A stretch of DNA of 50,703 nt, the filler included, from Catajapyx aquilonaris (Eukaryota): assembly GCA_000934665.2 (NCBI GenBank). It is 3 parts of 3 records of this genome, joined end to end, with 100 filler letters (N's around TTAATTAATTAA, not from the genome) between each part and the next. Parts side by side here need not be neighbours in the genome. Positions count along the whole stretch, not along the records: positions 33,836 to 50,703 come from JYFJ02007098.1; 2 more parts are not named here. One strand, written 5' to 3'. Positions 36,134 to 46,900 of the stretch are shown here, in pieces. Below the pieces are notes generated by a model. It was not told the DNA's origin and did no database searches. It saw only the letters and a program-made list of their open reading frames with translations. Every line of letters starts with the position of its first letter. Positions within the stretch are counted from its first letter, which is position 1. The translations under genes were made by a program, and so were the position numbers.

Positions 36134-36727
36134 ATGGCCAAGTCGAAGAATCACACGGATCACAACCAGAGTGAGTTTTAATTTGTAATTAATTTTAATC
36201 ATAAAATAATTTGCGCCGACCTAACGTAATAAACAGCACTTAGCAGTGGCTTCAGTTGCCATGTTCCGTTGCCATGCACAGTTGCAATGGACTTGCCATG
36301 TTCCGTTGCCACGTACAGTTGCAATGGACTGTTGCCATGCACAGTTGCCATGTTCCGTTGCCACGTACAGTTGCCATGCACAGTTGCCATGTTCCATTGC
36401 CACGTACAGTTGCAATGGACTGTTGCCATTCACAGTCGCAATGGACAAACTTTTTTCCCCCTCATATTTTGTGTGTGTGAGTTGCTAATTCGGTGTCCCT
36501 CTGCAGCGAGCAAGAACCATCGCAATGGGATAAGTAAGCCTAAGCGCAACAGGCACGAGTCGACCAAGGGGGTGGATCCGAAGTACCTGCGCAACCTGCG
36601 GTGGTCCAGGAAGCACAACCTGAAGCCACACCAGCAGCTGAAGGTTTTCGAGAAGAGGAAGGCCATGAGGGAGGCCAGGGTGGCTAAGAAGATTACCGAA
36701 GCTGCAAAGACTGCACCCAAGCCTTGA
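36134..36727 (+). CDS. RpL29: 60S ribosomal protein L29 (eL29)
   Basis: Exons 36134-36170 ([12 protein letters not shown]) and 36507-36727 ([38 protein letters not shown]..). AATAAA at 36752. Confidence 0.95.
36255..36446. repeat. 13-bp minisatellite (about 15 units, 4 variants) in an RpL29 intron
   Basis: Interspersed units gttgccatgttcc, gttgccatgcaca, gttgcaatggact and gttgccacgtaca. Confidence 0.9.
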
Positions 36728-37014
36728 ACTGGAGGCAGAAAAAAAATTGGAAATAAATTGCGTCGGTTGTACGATGCATTTTTTAATTATCTTAAAAATG
36801 GAGGGTTTCCTATACAAAAAAATGGGGACTAGGGTTAAACATCTTTGGTACGGCTCTATACATTTATCGACATGCTTGATCACATTTAAAAATGGCTGCA
36901 AAGTTATAGCAACAGTGAAACGATGCTGATCACTAGACTCAACAAGGACGTGTAAACAGTAACTTCAAGAGCTAAACGAGCTTATAAACATCCGACAGCT
37001 GCTAATCACAAGTC

Positions 37015-38917
37015 TTAAAACACGGCTCCGCTCCTCTCCGCTATCCAATCCTTGGTCTTCTGCACTTTAGTCCTTTCCCTAGTCAGCAAATTGCACACCC
37101 GCTCAACCTTTGCCTTGTTCCGCCTGCAGTACATCCTCGCATCGTCCTGCATCCGGCCAAGCTTCTCCGGCCTGATCTCGTCCAGGGTCAGGATGTCCGA
37201 GAGACGGGGGTTGAACCGGAAGTACACGTTAGCAGGGAGGAGGTCGTTCATTGCGATATGGACAGCCTCGGTGTCCGTGGCACTGTCCATGATCTTGTAG
37301 AACTGCGATTTCCAGCTGAGTGTTCCAGCGCTGCCGATGCTTTCCCCGAAGCTGAGTTTGGATGGCTGGAATTGTCCAGTCCCCATTGATACAACACACT
37401 GCATCTGGGAGTCAGGCCATAGGAGCTTGGCCTCGTGTATAGCGATCGCCGTCGGGTTGTTAACCATCACGCCGCCGTCTTGGTGCAAGTACTCGCCTGC
37501 AATGGTTACATCAGTAAACATTACCAATCAGTGCGCTGAGGCATATTCACCTAATTGCAGTCCCTCGAAGTAGGCTGGTGCGGCAGCCGATGCTCTGACG
37601 GCCTCCCATGCCGTGCGTCCGCTTGTTCCTTGGTACATGCTCTGGGCCCGGTGTGGTATGTTGTACGTGCGGAACACGTATGGGAATATGTTATGCTGGT
37701 TCACAACCGTCGAGACTGCAGACACCTTGGGGCAATCCGGATGTCTTGCAAGCCGGATCATCGGATCGTCGCCCAGGTTGGCACGCAGGAACTTCTCCCA
37801 GGCAGGCGTGTCGTAATACGAGTGACTCCAGACCAGTCCGCTCGTGCCCCACAACGGACTCTGCCTAAACACACTGGCACCAATCTGCCTGTAAAGGTCC
37901 TCGCAATCGTCCAAACTCCGCCGGTGCAGCCCAACCAACACGGCCAATATCGCCCCGGTGCTCACCCCACAAACGTAATCAAACAGCTCATGAATCCGCC
38001 TCCCAGTAATCTCCTCAAACTGACGCAACACTTCAATCACCATCATCCCTCTAGTCCCGCCGCCATCAATGCTCAGTATCCTCACGCCCCGACCTTTGAC
38101 CGGATCTACATGCCCCAGAAGGTGAAGCGCCTCTCGGAGGGTCAGCTGCACCGAGGAATCTGTCGTCTTCAGGCGCATCTGCAGCAAGCGACGCACCGCT
38201 CCTTGCTGGAAAAGTCAACAGGTTAATGCATCTTACATGTAGTATAAACCGTAAAGTTTGTTTGTTTGTCTCATACCGCCTTACTCTTTACGGATTATTT
38301 GGAAAGTGGAGCTCACCTTGACGGCGAGGCTCTTTGCTTGCGGGAACTGGTGGAGGTGCAGGCAGAGCTCCTCTACCCGGAGGAGTATGGATGCGTTGGT
38401 GGTGGCCTCCTGGATGGAGTTGACTACGTGCCTTGTCCGTGAGTCTATGCTGGCCTGGAATAAATGCGTCTAGTCATGTTCCGTAAACACGGTTGATGTC
38501 GTTTCAACGCACCTTTGAGAACTTCTGCTCTCCCCTGAGGGCCTTCCACTTGGGGATGTCCACTGGTGCTTCGGCTGCCGCACCGTTCCCTGCCCTCCCG
38601 AGCAAGCGCAGGCCCAGCAGGTAGGGGGAGAGGAAGCTCCTGTCCTTCTCCTCCTCCTTCTGAGGCTTCCCGTCGTCCACGGGGATGCTGATGACGGAGA
38701 ACTTGACCTCCGTGCTGTACGGTCCTTCCTCCGGCTTATTACCCGTGGTGGTGGGCACATCGGTGGTGGTTGTGGTGGTGTCGGTGGACAGGCCTTTGAG
38801 AGTGGCTGCGTACCAGTCCTTGACTCTGACTGACTCGTCCAGACTCTTGATGAGGTACTCCTTCAGCTGGCTGAGCTTCATCAGCTGCGCAGAGTAGCCT
38901 TTCAGGTTGGCTGACAT
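37015..38917 (-). CDS. PNPLA8: Calcium-independent phospholipase A2-gamma (patatin-like)
   Basis: Exons 38917-38513, 38454-38317, 38205-37551 and 37496-37015. Motifs: SIDSRTR..RVEELCLHL, ILSIDGGGTRG, GVSTG nucleophile, RASAAAPAYF, HQDGG, SATDTEAVH. Confidence 0.93.
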
Positions 38918-39384
38918 GGCCCATGCACTTGTGTCCCTTGTTTCTTCTCTTATTAGTGTATCTTTCTGTGGTGTTCACTCTGTGTGATTTTGACTTGATC
39001 TGGTCCCAGCCAGCTGCTGTATTTCCAGGTGAAGAAACCTTGGGGGGCAAGGCAGGCCACGCCCCATTTGGCAACATTGGTCAACACGTGACGTCACCAG
39101 TCGTCAGTTTTTCAAAGGACCAATCAGAAGCCAGGATGGGCTGGTGGCGCGCTATTTACAATTACGTAAACACTAAGTGCGTTCAACCGTACGCAGCACA
39201 ATACTAATTACAGAAAGTGCGTTGGACGCTTTTGGGTTAAACGAGGGCTGAATAATATTATTCAGGACGATTTATGTGGCACCTATTTAATACAATGCGT
39301 GACGTCATGATATATTACTCATTACTAGTACAGAAGGTGCATACAAATGATGACACAGATATATACAAATTACGCGGAGGTCCA

Positions 39385-40020
39385 GTAATTTAAATTAAAT
39401 CCCAAATCATATTAAATTACAGGTGAAATTCAGTTAAAATATGAGTAAATTCACATATAAATAATATTATTACAGGTGAAATTGAGTTAATCAATTTATT
39501 GCAGATGAAAAATTACAAATTCATATTACATAAATTACAGATTAAATTATGTTAAAAATCAATTGCATATGAAGAAAATCACCAATTAAAATAAATTACG
39601 GTATAGAACAATTTTAAGATGCATTAATTGCGAATTAAATTAGTAACAAATTAATCGATTGCAAATTACATTATTTAAAATCAATTAGTTGCGAATTAAA
39701 TTAGTTGCAAATTAATTGATTGAAAATTATATTATTTAAAATCAATTAATTGCGAATTAAATTAGTTACGAAACAATTAATTGCGAATTAAATTAGTTAC
39801 GAAACAATTAATTGCGAATTAAATTAGGTACAAATCAATTAATTGCAGATTAAAATAATTTTACAGATGTCATTTAAATTAAAATAATCGCACATTGAAA
39901 TAAATTAAATTGCATTGCTTTAAAATAAGTAGAGCACATATTAAAATAACTTAAATTATAAGCTAAATCAAACTAAATTAAAACTACAGACATTTATTAA
40001 ATTTAAAATAGCAATATTAT
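39385..40020. repeat. AT-rich degenerate tandem repeat
   Basis: caattaattgcgaattaaattagttacgaaa (31 bp) occurs three times at 39743-39835, with decayed copies on both sides. Confidence 0.75.
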
Positions 40021-41085
40021 AACACCAGTGGACATGCATCGGATGTATTTTATTCGCAATATATTCTGTCCATTACTACCGTACGTGACGTACGTGTAAT
40101 AATGTGTGTACGCAAAACGATCCCTAATACTTCAGAATGTTTATCACACACCTTGAGTTGAAATGTCTCATTGTATAGTATGACCTACATGCGCATAATT
40201 TGCATGTCTCGTGACAAATCGTCGCCTTCCAAAAGCGCGCAGGTGAGTCGTGTTAATTACGCGCCCGGAACTATCAACAGCAGAGGGTACACGTAAGCTG
40301 ACATACATGGGGCTAAGTACTCTGGTACACCGGAAGAAAACATGTTTTTCCCCCAGATAGTAGTGGACANCATTTTTTTGCGCGTCTGTGACGGAAGTAG
40401 CGCGCAATTTATTATTGGGAGTCACAATGGATGTGCAAATATTTTGTTGTTGCAAAATTTGAATTTTAGATTTTTATTTCGCGAATATTGAGCCTAATAT
40501 GTGATAATAAATAGCCCGTTTTCTCTCTTATTGATTACGCTGTTATTGCCAATGATGTGTAATTATAATACCTTGTCTCTAACTAGCAGTGTGGTGCAAC
40601 GGTACTGCTAAGTTAGAAGTATCTAGTAGTATGACGAAAATTCCACCCAAGGTCATAGTTGATGTATTGTGAGGCCCACTTGTATCAACTCCAATTAAAA
40701 TAAAATGTGTTGTCAATTCCTAATGAGAGGCATTCACCAACAAAGTCCTTGTAATCATGCGTTATCAGGTGTCATTGTAATCCTCCAAATTGGGTATGAC
40801 CCTGTTCTAATTTTGCATCCCATTTTGCAAAACAAGTACAGCTCATGTGTGGGATTCCCTCGTCACAACAGTCAGAGCCTTGGACATTTGCCAGAGCAGA
40901 ACGTCACTGCTATTTCGCACACCTTTGGAAGTCCTGCTGGTTGAGGCTACACCTATAATTGCATTCAAGGCTTGAACATGCACAGAACAAAATCCATTCG
41001 CTTCAGTCCTCACATGAATTTTTTTTATTTATTGCAAAAATGGCGAAAAAGAAAGGATCACAGAGTGTCGTCAGACATTTCGATA

Positions 41086-43253
41086 TCATAGCTCATACTT
41101 TGACCTCAGGCCAGCTACCTCTTCCTCTGAGCATTCCTTCTTCTCCGCACAATACTTGAAGAGATCATCCAGATCTGCAATTGTAAAGATTGTCACTTCA
41201 ACTACCAAATTCATGAAACATTAGTTATTTCACACTTATTCATAAGTAAATGAAATGTCTTACCTCGCTTATCTTTCGCACTAGTGAACATGAGGAGTGC
41301 GGAGAACCTTTTGATGCTGCACAAGCCCATTAGGTGCGGATAAACCTTCTCTCCGTTGGGAATGAAATGTTGGTGCAGAATTTGGACAATCTCGGTGAAG
41401 ATCTCTGCATCCATCATGGTCTTAAATATTTTCGGGTAGTCCTCACCTGACAGTTGCTTTTTTTTTTAAATTTAAGAGAGCGGATTATAACAATAATTTA
41501 TATTAGAAATCAGTACAAACATGTCAGTCTGATATATTGAGGAAACATTACCTTTAAATATTGTATGGCCAAGTTTGGAATGCCCTTAATTGTCTTCCAG
41601 CCGCTTTGGAATTGGATAGAAGTTGTTGGAGGTGGCGGACAAACCTCCACTCGGGGAAGCTTTTTTAAGATCGGTGCCGCAACAGGTACTTCCACCTTTG
41701 GCGGGGGCTTACGTGGAGCACCATATTCGTCTACATCCCGAATTTGAAGTCTTTTAAGAGGTTTCTAAAAACAAGAAAAAAGGTGCCAAATGTTGACATT
41801 TTAGATACGGTACTGAAATTTCCATCAAAAAAACACATTTGAACAAATTCATTGCATACAAACTGAAGTATTACAATAAAACATATGTGAAACAGTCTCA
41901 GGACACATGAGCAACTTGTACAATATTTAATTTAGTTTAATTCAGATGAATGACTGTCAATGCATTTTTATTACTCAAAACAGAAACCTGTTCAGCTCAA
42001 TTTGCAAAGTGAAGCAATGTCAGTAGAATAATATTTTGTAGCAATTTAAATGGTGCACATTTCAAAGTAAAATTGAGTACACATGCTCTGGATCTAAAAT
42101 TCAAAATATATTTAGGAATATTTAGAGTCGTCACCTTTGACCTGAGGTGCGGAGGCTTCAGCACTGGCTTCATAAAAACGTTACTGTCCAGCTCCGCTCT
42201 CTCTGGAAGTTTCTTGGCAGCCGGACCCATAATCCTGTTGTTCACCTTTTCCAGGTCAGCCCTCGCTAACTTGTTGTGCGGCTCCAGCTCCAGAACCTTC
42301 TCCAGGTCCTCCTTTGCCATCTCGAGCTTCCCTAAATTAATTCTGGCAGTAGCTCGCCTCAGGTAGGCCTTGATGAAGCCTGGATCAAGCATCAGGGCCT
42401 GGGTGCAATCGTCCTCGGCTTCATTCAACCTAGGCATAAACAATAATTGATTTGAGCAGGAGACAACTAAATATGTTTAAAGGGATCTCATCGATTATGT
42501 CAACAAATATGAGAGTATTTGCTGCTACGTACTTCTCCATCTTCAGGTATGCCATGGCCCTATTGCCATAAAATATGGCGTTTGTTGCGTCGCACTGGAT
42601 TCCCTTAGTGTAGCAGTCAACCGCCTCTGCATATTTGCCTTGCTTAAAAAACACATTACCCTGCATAAAAAGTGGCGAATTATCATTAAAATATTCTTTT
42701 TTGCAGGCCGACCAAATCGAAATAAATTTGATGATGATGATCATACTTTTTCCTTTTCATCCATTGCCTGCTGCATCTTCAGCTCCAACTCATTCTCCTC
42801 GTATTCCGACTCTGAACTTGTTTCCTTATCAACTTCTTTGCATGCCATCTCCTAAAATGTCCCACAATTAACAAGGCTTCTTCATGTCCCGACATTGCTG
42901 CACTTACCACATCAAACTTGTTCCACTTGTCATAGTCACAAGAAACTGTTTTCTTTGGCTTCTCTGCATCTTTTGTCGGTTCAGCCTTCTTCTTGAAACG
43001 CTTCGACCGAACTGGAGGCAAATTCTGTGGAATTAAGAAGCACCAAATTAGTGTGTCTGCGATGCACTGTTTTCAAGTATTTTTTTTGTTTGAATATGAC
43101 TCTGACCCTCTGGGGTTCTTCCTTGAGCCCAGTGCGTGCTTCCTTCTCCTTCCTCTTGGCCTCCTTCTCCCACCATTTGAGGTCGTTCATGGCAAAGTGA
43201 AGGTCCTCCGCATTGTGCTTTATGTTCTGCTGGAGACGGATCAAAGGGTCCAT
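41086..43253 (-). CDS. RPAP3: RNA polymerase II-associated protein 3 / spaghetti (R2TP TPR co-chaperone), 8 exons, about 428 aa
   Basis: Exons 43253-43107, 43024-42908, 42851-42747, 42660-42533, 42429-42135, 41764-41552, 41456-41264 and 41174-41086 join in frame. N-terminus LQQNIKHNAEDL..LPPVR..DYDKWNKFDV. TPR clamp KEKGNVFFKQGKY..YGNRAMAYLK..KAYLRRA. Then KPPHLRSKKPLKRL and the RPAP3 C-terminal domain (PTTSIQFQSGW..KRFSALLMF). Confidence 0.9.
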
Positions 43254-43388
43254 AGCTCGCTCTCAGAAGAAAGATGAACTCCAAAAAAAAAGGTGTTTGA
43301 TCAATTTCAGAGAGAAAGAAACGTGCCAAAAAAAATGTTCCTTTCGAACATTCGCATGACACAAACGATGATGAATAGTTCAGACAAC

Positions 43389-43396
43389 AATCGATA
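43389..43396. promoter_or_regulatory. DRE-like motif (AATCGATA) upstream of RPAP3
   Basis: Matches WATCGATW about 135 bp upstream of the ATG. The motif is short and could occur by chance. Confidence 0.3.
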
Positions 43397-43786
43397 CTAT
43401 CGCACGTATGCTTGCGAAAGGCACTTCAATTTTGGCATTCGCAAGGTTGCAGGCGGGATTTTTCAATTTTGCAAAAAAAAAATTGGTTCGCAAATTTTTC
43501 CACATTTCCACAAAATAACAGCAGCAGCAACAACAACAATGTAGCAACAGCAAACAGCAGGACAAAATTAAAATGCGTGTTCCATTTCATAAATCAAAAT
43601 ATTATATTTCTGTTATATTAATAAATAGTCTATCAGTACACAACGGAAAATTTATTTCAAACTGTATGTAATCAATGGAATGTTCCAGTGGAAAGTATTG
43701 TGACTATTCAAAATAGGGATGATGTGTTATGTTGAGCGTAAACTCGCTTTTTGACAATAAGGCATTTTTTTGGTGCACAAATATCT

Positions 43787-44766
43787 TCATAGCAAGGCCT
43801 GAAGCTTGACGGTTGCTTCTTGTTCCAGCCAGAAGGCCCTGTTGGCAGCGGCCATGGCTTCAGTCCTCGTCTGCGTCCATCCGTCCCACATGAATTTCAA
43901 CTTGCCGCGAAGGCTGTTCCACAGGGCAAAGTGCAATCCGGCAAACTCCTGCACCAGCCTTTCAATGCAAAGGGGGAAAAAAATGGCATAAAACTGATGC
44001 AAATCCATCTCCTAAAGGAGTACCAAGTTAAGCCGTGTTTACATGTGGGCGATGTTGCAGCGATGTCATCCCCGAGTGATGAGGGTACGAAACTTTCGCT
44101 CGGGGATGACATTGCTGCAACATCGCCCACATGTAAACACAGCTTTACATGAATGTATCAACATACTTGTTGTTAAGGAGGCAAATCATCTGTAAGAGGC
44201 TTGGGTTATTCTGATGTTCTTTAACCACCTCCTCAACTTCTTCTCCTGACACGTTGGCAGTAAGCAATGTCCTGATGGCGTCCTGGGTGGCATCCTTCGC
44301 AGCATTGAAGTCTCTCAGCGCTTCCGTCACCGCTGCTCTCAACACCGCAGCCTCCCCTTCCGCCCCTTTCTTTCGAGTCACCTCAGCAGTCAACTCCGCC
44401 ACACTCTGGACCAACGTCTCGTTCTGCTTCTTCGATTTGGTCAGCTCTTCTTCCAGATTGGATATGCGCTTCATCAACTCTGTATCTGTACAAATAAGTA
44501 AGTTAAGACAGTGTGACATGTAAAAAAGGAGATGCTTTACATTTTTTCTCATGTGCCCCGTCTCCCGATACGATGCAGTCAGCATGGTATATCTTCATGT
44601 AGTCCGAGCTCCCTTGAACTGCGACCCTGCATTTCGGGCAAGTCTGAGACACCTTGAGCCAATCCTCCAGGCACAACGTGTGGAAGAGGTGTCCGCACTT
44701 GGTCACCGCGCTGATCTTGCAGGACTGCGTGAACAACTCCAGGCATATCACGCACGACAACTTCAT
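43787..44766 (-). CDS. RING-H2 plus coiled-coil E3 ligase, TRAIP/NOPO-like, short (about 238 aa)
   Basis: Exons 44766-44541 (CVIC..CGHLFHTLC..WL..TCPKCR), 44485-44167 (coiled coil, EEVEEVVKE) and probably 43958-43787. The phases match. Confidence 0.7.
44031..44144. mobile_element. PIF/Harbinger-type palindromic MITE in intron 2 of the RING gene
   Basis: TTA|AGCCGTGTTTACATGTGGGCGATGTTGCAGC..GCTGCAACATCGCCCACATGTAAACACAGCT|TTA; arms about 48 bp. Confidence 0.88.
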
Positions 44767-45578
44767 GATTCAGCCGTGGGGTACCTACATAAAACAATTA
44801 GCTGTAAGTCATGCGGAACAATCAACATATTTAACATATTGACCAGAATGGAACAGAATAATCCAAATGTACAGACCACGAGTTTCTCGGCTGCTACAGA
44901 CGCCTGAATAAACAGCCGATCTTCCTTATCGCTGGCAGAACTAACCGGGAGATAAAACCAGTTCGATTCAAGGACATTGCTTCAAGTATAATAATTCTAA
45001 AGAAGACAATCCATCAAGTCGTCAAAAATAGTTTGTGATTCGATGCTATCATATTTGGAGGGGTGAAAGTTCGAAGGTTGGCACCCCTGATGGCCAGCCA
45101 GCCAATCAGGGAGAGGCAAACAGGGATGCCAACGGGCACTTTATTCAAGCAGGAGGGTCATCAACTGTACCAGAAGGGCAATTAAAATTTTTTATTATTG
45201 AAGAAAACACATACATGTATGAGAACTGAAAAATGTATCTTACACAATATTTTCTTGAGAAAACGTTACATTACATAAACCGTACAAAGTGAAAACGGAA
45301 TTTAATGCCTTTCATGTACTCGCACAAAAGGAAGGCCTGCGATCACAAATTAGGGCAAAGAAATTACATTTTGCTTTAAAATGTTTATGGGACACGTTAC
45401 ATCAATTTCAAGCGTGTGGCCGTCTTTCGAGCAGTGATCTTCTAGCAGATTTTTTTCTTCTTCAGTGAATGGCACCTTGCAGCTTAATTCCGTGGTGATT
45501 GGACTGGTGATTGCGAAAACTGGGTTCGTCATCCAGCACGCTGTCACATAGAGGGCACATGTAGGGATAAATCACTTT

Positions 45579-46157
45579 CTAGAAGTGTATCCTCTGATGA
45601 TTCACCGCTGCCGCGTGGCTGTAGCATAACTTGCTGCAATATTTGCACGTGTATGTCTTATTATCTTCTCTGTGGGTCAGTTTATGCTGCAACAAATGAT
45701 CCTCCCATGAAAACGATTTGTCACATAAATCGCATGCGTACGGCTTCTCCCGGGTGTGTGATCTCATGTGTGTCACATACGCTATTCGGTTGATACTTTC
45801 CCTGCTGCAATACTTGCACTGGAGCGATTCCTTTCCTTTGTGGGTGGCAATGTGACGGATCAAGAACTGCCTCGCAACAAACGTCTTGTCACAGAACTCG
45901 CAACTAAATTGTTTCTTATCAGTCTGCAACGCTGATGAGCGGCCGCTTATGTCAAGGGGATCCGCTGTCATTTCAACAGCATCGGAATAGGGCACAGACA
46001 TTTCTTCCTCGTCGCTCTCCCTCCTTTCCTTCCCATCTACGAGACCTGCTGCATCGGCCAGCACAATCATTGCTTCTTGCTTCACACAGACCATCTCTTC
46101 AACCATTATTACGTGGGACACATCCTCAATTTCCTTCTTTACATGTGCCGCAGACAT
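45579..46157 (-). CDS. C2H2 zinc-finger protein (4 fingers, acidic N-terminus with VKxE motifs)
   Basis: Single coding exon with Kozak-like gccaccATG just after an acceptor (tattccAG). Four fingers: CEFC..H..H, CKYC, CDLC, CKYC, with an HTREKPY linker. Confidence 0.85.
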   Translation of the reverse strand: MSAAHVKKEIEDVSHVIMVEEMVCVKQEAMIVLADAAGLVDGKERRESDEEEMSVPYSDAVEMTADPLDISGRSSALQTDKKQFSCEFCDKTFVARQFLIRHIATHKGKESLQCKYCSRESINRIAYVTHMRSHTREKPYACDLCDKSFSWEDHLLQHKLTHREDNKTYTCKYCSKLCYSHAAAVNHQRIHF

Positions 46158-46900
46158 GGTGGCTGGAATACAGAGTTAGGCTAATAAGGTTAGGTACATC
46201 GCACACAGTGTGGTTCAGGTGGTCTTACCAATGCTCTTACCAATATCACTCTCAATACAGAGGAAAAGTACTGCTGAAGTCCTCCTGAAGAAGAAACAAT
46301 CAATGCAAGGGAGAAAGTGGGTAGGTGGCGCAACGGAGCGGAGAAAATGAGAACTGCAGGTTGAGGGTGCGTTCCGACGGCTGATTCTTTTCTAATGCAG
46401 TACCGTATCATACGAGTGACAGCTTACACTTCACAAACAAACAAACAAACAAACACACAAACCTGAAATGAAATTTGTAAGTTAAGACGTTTTGTGAGGG
46501 AGTGATTTAATTGCAAGTTACTTTCTACATATTACTATGGTGTATATTATTCTTTTAATCATCACGTCATGGATAGTATAAAAACATATATTATATACAG
46601 CATCGCCTATTGTAACTTAACTGGGTAATTTTTAACTTCCTTCCATTGCCATTGGGTTGGAACTTCAACCCTAGCATTTTTAGCAAACTCTCAATTTCAT
46701 TTTTGGGGTTCATATACGGTGTCGGAGGCCATTCGTAGTGCTACACAAAAAAAGGGTGGCATTTAACCCAACCGAGTATTTTGAGAATGTGTGCAGATTA
46801 CAGAAATTCAGGAAGAAAAAGGTAAAAATGATGCCGAAACCGCCGGTAACCTTCAGGATAAGAAAGAGGTGAGAGTGGCCAAAACCATCCATGCACGAGG

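Noticed and set aside
36199..36488. Overlapping Cys/His-rich repetitive ORFs (MATVHGNC.., CCHAQLPC..)
   Set aside because: They are translations of the intronic minisatellite. The real RpL29 exon starts at 36507.
37555..38226. 223-aa plus-strand ORF, and similar antisense ORFs over the IR, NEK2-like and RING genes
   Set aside because: These are shadow ORFs opposite well-supported coding exons and show no recognisable motifs.
39385..40020. Mitochondrial control-region insertion (NUMT)
   Set aside because: AT richness is the only support; no flanking mitochondrial tRNA, rRNA or gene fragments are recognisable.
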